A stretch of 54,015 nucleotides of DNA, filler included, from Jimgerdemannia flammicorona (taxonomy: Eukaryota), in assembly GCA_003990765.1 (NCBI GenBank). It is 3 parts of 3 records of this genome, joined end to end, with 100 filler letters (N's around TTAATTAATTAA, not from the genome) between each part and the next. Parts side by side here need not be neighbours in the genome. Positions count along the whole stretch, not along the records: positions 36,079 to 54,015 come from RBNJ01002358.1; 2 more parts are not named here. One strand, written 5' to 3'. The position numbers and the translations under genes were made by a program. Under the pieces are notes generated by a model that saw only the letters and a program-made list of their open reading frames with translations, had not been told where the DNA came from and did no database searches. Positions 48,734-54,015 of the stretch are shown piece after piece. How positions within the stretch are numbered: the stretch's first letter is position 1; each line of letters opens with the position of its first letter.

Positions 48734-50157
48734 TATTTAGATTGTAGCAGCCCAGGTTGCATCCAATTACTAATACATTTTCTGCAAGGCTAACTTCTTA
48801 ATTATTGTGAGAATATTCTCACACTGAGCCTTCTAAATTAATTCTTCAAACTTTGATCTTATGATAGTAACATATACCTAAAACAAATGAAGTATAATTA
48901 GATTTTATAATCTATAAGTAAAAAAATTAACATTATATAAACTTACTATAGTAATAGCAAAAACTATTATTCTTCTATCTAATGTCTTTCATTGATATAT
49001 TTGGCCCAAACTTTGTAGTATCTTTGACCTACAATACAATTTATACTTATGGTATATGAAGACAATCCAAATTATTTCTTCAAAAGTTAGGCATATATAA
49101 TCTAATTAACTGTATACTCCTTGAACTTTACTTGTCAAGCAGCATTGAGGTTGAATGTTCTATTGATTGGGTCTACTGAAAGGCTGAACTTGGGTTATAT
49201 TTTTTATAGACTATCAATATCTTGTTAGAGTCAAATATTAACTGTCCGAATTGATAGTCTTTATTAAGATTAATAATATTTGAAAAAATAGGAGTAAATT
49301 CAGAGAGAAAATTAGATTTAATGGCTTTAAGAAACTGTCTCCTCATGTTACATGACCAAACTATAATCTATAGATAAAAGATAATTATATAGATAAAATA
49401 AGAAAGAGGTAAATATGTAGTGATAATTCAATACATATCTTGCTGTATTTCATAATTATTACTTCTAAGTCAAACTTCATATATTCAGATATCTTCTTGA
49501 GAATATGTTCTTGTTCCTTCTTATTTGGCTACATATTAACAATAATCATATATCTGAGATATCTAAGGTTGATTGTTCACTCCTGATTAGAATTTATATC
49601 TTTGAGTTTGACTTTGAATTCCCCAAGAAGTTTGGTATAGTAGATTATAGAGAGTATATCTTGAACTTGATTAGATATTGTTTATTAGATAGTAGGTGTA
49701 AGTATAGATGGATTGAGTAAATTTTAACAGTTTGACTTATATATTATTGTAGTAAGTAATGAGTATAAGCATGAGTACAAATAATGAGTAATAGTGTGAG
49801 TATGAGTAATGAGTATGAGATGAGTATAAGTGATGAGCATGAGTATGAGTGATGAGCATGAGTATAATATGGCAATATAGTGATGATTATATAAGTATAA
49901 GTAAGTATAAGGATAGAAAAGTAGAGAGGATAAGAGAGGTACTTTTATGTCAATAAGCAGATATAAGTAAGCTTAGCTAGATATATATTGCTTAGTATTA
50001 ATATATAGTCACTATATATACTGAGCTTACTATATATACTTACTATATATGCTAGCTATAATATAATGAATTAATTCTTATTGATGATATATTGATTTTG
50101 GCCAGACATATACTGCTTATTAATATAAGCTCACTATACATATATTGAGCTTACTAT

Positions 50158-53087
50158 TGTGACAAACCACGAAATGTAGCAATCTCAAAACCTAACCAGA
50201 TGATATGAACATTAATATAGCATAGTAACCAGCAATCATTACTGTAGAAAAATATATAAATAACTAGATAGCCAAAGAAGGAAATAATGTGAACAGTAGC
50301 TGTCCCCAGAACAGTGGCTATCTGCTGGCATACTCCTTTCTCTGCTATCTTACTAGTCACAATGGTTTCATAGGCCATAGGTAACATGGGCAACATGGAC
50401 AATACAAGCAATACAGGCAACATGGGCAAGATGGGCAAGATGAGCAAGACAGCAAGATGGCAAGATGGGTGATATGGGCAAGATGGGCAAATGGCAAGAC
50501 AGGCAACATGGGCAAAACAGGTGATATGGGCAATATAGGCAATGTAGGCAATATGGGCAATATGGGTAACAGGGGCAAAATGGGCAATATGGGTGGGCAA
50601 GATGGGCAAGACAGGTAAGATGGGCAAGACAGGTAAGATGGGCAAGACAGGTAAGATAGGCAAGACAGGTAAGATGGGCAAGACAGATAAGATGGGCAAG
50701 ACAGCAAGACAACAAGATGGGTGACATGGGCTATGCAGGCAAGATGGGCAAGATGGGCAAGACAGACAAGACAGGCAAAACAGCAAGATGGCAAGATGGA
50801 TAATATGGGCAAGATGGGCAGATGGCAAGACAGACAATATGAGTAAGATGGGCAAAACAGACAAAATGGGCAAAATGAGCAAAACAGGCAAAATAGGCAA
50901 TATGGGTAACATGAGTAACATGAGTGGGCAATACAGGCAAAACAGGAATAATATGGGCAAGATGGGCAGATGGCAAGACAGACAACATGAGCAAGATGGG
51001 CAAAACAGACAAAATGGGCAAAATGGGCAAAACAGGCAAAATGGGCAATATGGGTAATATGGGTAACATGAGTGGGCAATACAGGCTATACAGTCAATAT
51101 GGGCAATATGAGCAGGCAACATAGGCAATATGGACAACATATGTGGGCAATATGGGCAATATGGGCAATAAGGGCAATATGGGCAATATGGGCAACATGG
51201 GCAGACAAGATGGACAAGATGGGCAAGAGGGCAAGATAGACAACATGGATAAGATAGGTAGATGGCAAGACAGGTGACATGGGCAAGATGGGCAAAATAG
51301 GCAAAACAGGCAAAATAGGCAATATGGGCAACATAGGCAATATGGGCAATACAGGCAACATAGGCAACATGGATAGGCAAGATGGTCAAGATGGCCAAGA
51401 CAGGCAAGATGGGTAATATGGGCAACATGGGCAAGATAGGCAAGATGGGCAATATGGGCAACATGGGCAATATGGGTAACATGGGCAACATGGGCAGACA
51501 AGATGGGCAAGATGGGCAAGATGGCAAGATGATAAATGAGTAATATGGACAGGCAAGATGGGCTAGATGGGCAAGACAGGAGGTACCAATAGGGGTAGAT
51601 CAGGTGTACTAGATGCCAAGTACTTGAGGTGGTTGAGACTTACAATCCATACCCACTTGGTGGAGCAGGCTGGGTAGGAGGATTTAGTTACTCAGGCAGT
51701 GAGGTCGCAACTCACACCCTAAAGGTGCAAGGCTGGGAGTAGGTTGAGATTGGGGTAGAATGGGACTACTAATATTGTATAAGGATATGTAGTATGTTAT
51801 AGATAGTTAATAAATTAAGATAAAAGAGAATAAAAAAAAAAATAAAAAAAAAAAAGTGGCTGTCTGCCAGACAGTGACCATCCACCCAAATACACTATAG
51901 ATAGCAAATCTATAGTTAGCCAGGTAGCAACAAGATAGAAACCACAATATATAAATTACCCCAGAGATAAGAGTGAATAAACCTCAGTCCAAAATTGAAT
52001 CCAAAAGCAAAAGTCAAGTCTGCCTACCATACTTCGAGAGGAACTCTATAGCCACTGTTAGGAGATTGTAAGCATTGGTCCCCTTTTCCACTCTAGTCTA
52101 CTTTCCAATACAAAGCTTGAAGAGTTTACCACCAAGTTCTAGTAGAACTTCACTGTCTTTTGAGTAATCCATCACTTAAGAAATAAGCCACCATTTCCAA
52201 GAACCCCACTGATTCAGAAAGAATCTGCATTGTCTGCTGTTCCCAAGTTATCTGCTGCATTCCCAGAAGAGTTCGCCTTCTTGCCACAAGTCTGTCTCTT
52301 GATGTAACTTCACAGTGATCTGTTTGTGCAAACAAAGCCAGTCTAGATGTAACTTGCTAAGAACCCAAGTTAATTCCCAGTTGAAGCCACTGTTTCTGAG
52401 TTATCTACATTCCCAGAGAACTCTGCTGATTCAGGAAGAATCCACACCATCATATTTCCAGAAGAACCCACATCACCTGAGTATTATTCCTAGAAAGAGC
52501 CCGATTTGTAATATCCAAGTTGCTTGTTCCCAGTGAGCCTGGTCCAGAAGAGCTCACTACCAGTACAATTTCCAGCAAGACAGATCTGCACCACCCTCTA
52601 TTCCCAGTGAGTCAAATTGAGTTATTCACCAGATTATCAGAATGTCCTGCATAAGGACCCTGTTATACTATGCAGAGATTGTTATGCAGAAATTGCATAA
52701 GGAGAACTGCTAAATTGCCAGACCATCACACTCAGAAGATCATCATACATACTACACAGAGATCATTGTACCAAAACCATCATCCAGAAATCATATACTT
52801 TTGGAAATTGCCTCACTATACAAAATTGTGGCATTCCCAGTTGACTCAAGAAGGAAACCTATTCATGCACAAATCACTGCTATACCTAGATAACTGTCCC
52901 AATTAGGAAATCAACATACAAATTGCTTGCAGATATCTAGCTTTTGACTATTATACTACTAAACACCAAGGACCTCAGGAATCTTAGAACATTTTGTTGC
53001 TTTTTGACAAAGTAACTGAGGGCTCAAGCCAAACTACATCAATCTCCCAACCTTGTAATTTGCCTCCATTGAGCCAGGCATGTTACA
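50158..53087 (+). repeat. 5' LTR (~2.9 kb) of the second LTR family
   Basis: Bounded by TGTGAC...TGTTACA, homologous to 42078-45874, and followed immediately by a PBS and gag. Confidence 0.82.
50380..51580. repeat. ~1.2-kb 9-bp-period minisatellite within the LTR
   Basis: Units ATGGGCAAG / ATGGGCAAT / ACAGGCAAG / ATGGGCAAA, with higher-order blocks. Confidence 0.95.
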
Positions 53088-53089
53088 TT

Positions 53090-53107
53090 TGGGGGCTCAA
53101 CTAGGAA
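53090..53107 (+). promoter_or_regulatory. Primer-binding site, tRNA-Pro-like
   Basis: TGGGGGCTCAACTAGGAA lies 2 nt after the LTR end. It resembles the tRNA-Pro PBS TGGGGGCTCGTCCGGGAT once CpG decay is allowed for. Confidence 0.65.
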
Positions 53108-53709
53108 GATTTCAAAATCAATATAACTTTTCAGCTCACAAGAACCCACAGTCAAACTGGATACATTCGATATAACACCAATCTCTGCTACTATAGGAGA
53201 ACAGTTATTACCAGCATCTTGATAGAAAGAGAATTAATTACTTCAAGACTTGCTAATTACTCAGCATCAGAAGGATCTCAACCAGAACTAGAAGGCAGTA
53301 CAGCCCAAAATCCCCAACCAGATCAACCAGACAATACAGGCAGCCCTGCTAGAAATTTCAAAGAACTTGCACAAGAACTAGATGATTTCATTATATGAAC
53401 CCAAGACCTTACAACCAGATGCCCCATACCAGCCCCACCAATTTTACTAATAGAACCTTTACCATAACTCCTTGCAGAGTCGAAAGTAGCTCCTAAAAGA
53501 ATACCTAGACCTATTCTACTTCATTCAAGGTCTAGAACACCATCCTCAAGATACCCAAGCACCCACATCTCCAGTGACAGCTCAGAAAGTGAATCGGAAT
53601 CAGAATCTGAACCAGAACTAGAATCAGAAGGAAGTGATTATGAAATGGCTACCTTATTGCCAACCTTTGCAGGATACCTAGAAGAAGACCCCAGAGAATT
53701 CCTTGATAG
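53108..53709 (+). pseudogene. Leader and start of gag of the second LTR family, interrupted at 53710
   Basis: Reads ...SESESESEPELESEGSDYEMATLLPTFAGYLEEDPREFLDS, matching the lp.F.G...EDP..FL capsid N-terminal pattern. Confidence 0.65.
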
Positions 53710-54015
53710 TGTAACGTGCCGGCTCAATGGAGGCAAATTACAAGGTTGGGGGTTGATGTAGTTTGGCTTGAGCCCTCAGTTACTTTGTTAAAAGCAACAA
53801 AATGTTCTTGGTGTTTAGCGGTATAATAGTCAAGATCTGGATACTGTGCAAGCGATTTCCTTATTGGGACGGTTCTCTGAGTGTAGCAGCGATTTGTGTG
53901 TGAATGGGTTTCCTTCTTGGGTCAACTGGGAATGGCACAATTTGTGTGTAGCGCGACGATCTCCTTGTGCGTGACGGTCTGGCAATTTAGCGGTTCTCCT
54001 TATGCGATTTCTGCG
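53710..54015 (-). mobile_element. 3' end of a younger LTR of the same family, inserted antisense into gag; runs off the window
   Basis: Reverse complement ends CCATTGAGCCGGCACGTTACA, matching the 3' end of LTR 50158-53087 and of the solo LTR, but with CpGs retained. Confidence 0.9.

Noticed and set aside
50154..51527. 457-aa ORF and overlapping Cys/Pro/His-rich ORFs
   Set aside because: They are by-products of a 9-bp-period repeat that lacks stops in several frames and lies inside an LTR.

Overview
This is eukaryotic, intron-rich fungal DNA; gene style and intron poly(T) tracts suggest an early-diverging fungus, probably Mucoromycota (inference). It consists of three contigs joined by artificial N...TTAATTAATTAA...N linkers. 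Contig 1 (1-17940) is CpG-depleted transposon DNA. It is dominated by a ~6.5-kb hAT element (1429-7949, 8-bp TSD) nested inside an older copy of its own family (879-13905). Both copies carry, convergent to the transposase, a second spliced gene whose last exon reads like a TET/JBP-type 2OG-Fe(II) dioxygenase. That hAT-plus-cargo arrangement is the best candidate for an undescribed system here. Contig 2 (18041-35978) is a CpG-rich gene island: CDC50/LEM3 (3'-truncated), a macro-domain protein, a chitin synthase, a myristoylated EF-hand calcium sensor with a long C-terminal tail, and a rhodanese. Contig 3 (36079-54015) is again transposon DNA. It holds a decayed Ty3/gypsy element with a dUTPase between the Gag zinc knuckle and the protease, and three copies of a ~1.15-kb poly(A)-tailed non-coding retroposon with 15-bp TSDs. 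It also holds three LTRs of a second family with a tRNA-Pro-like PBS: one swollen by a 1.2-kb 9-mer array, one solo, and one CpG-intact. All translations and alignments were done by eye; no database searches were run.
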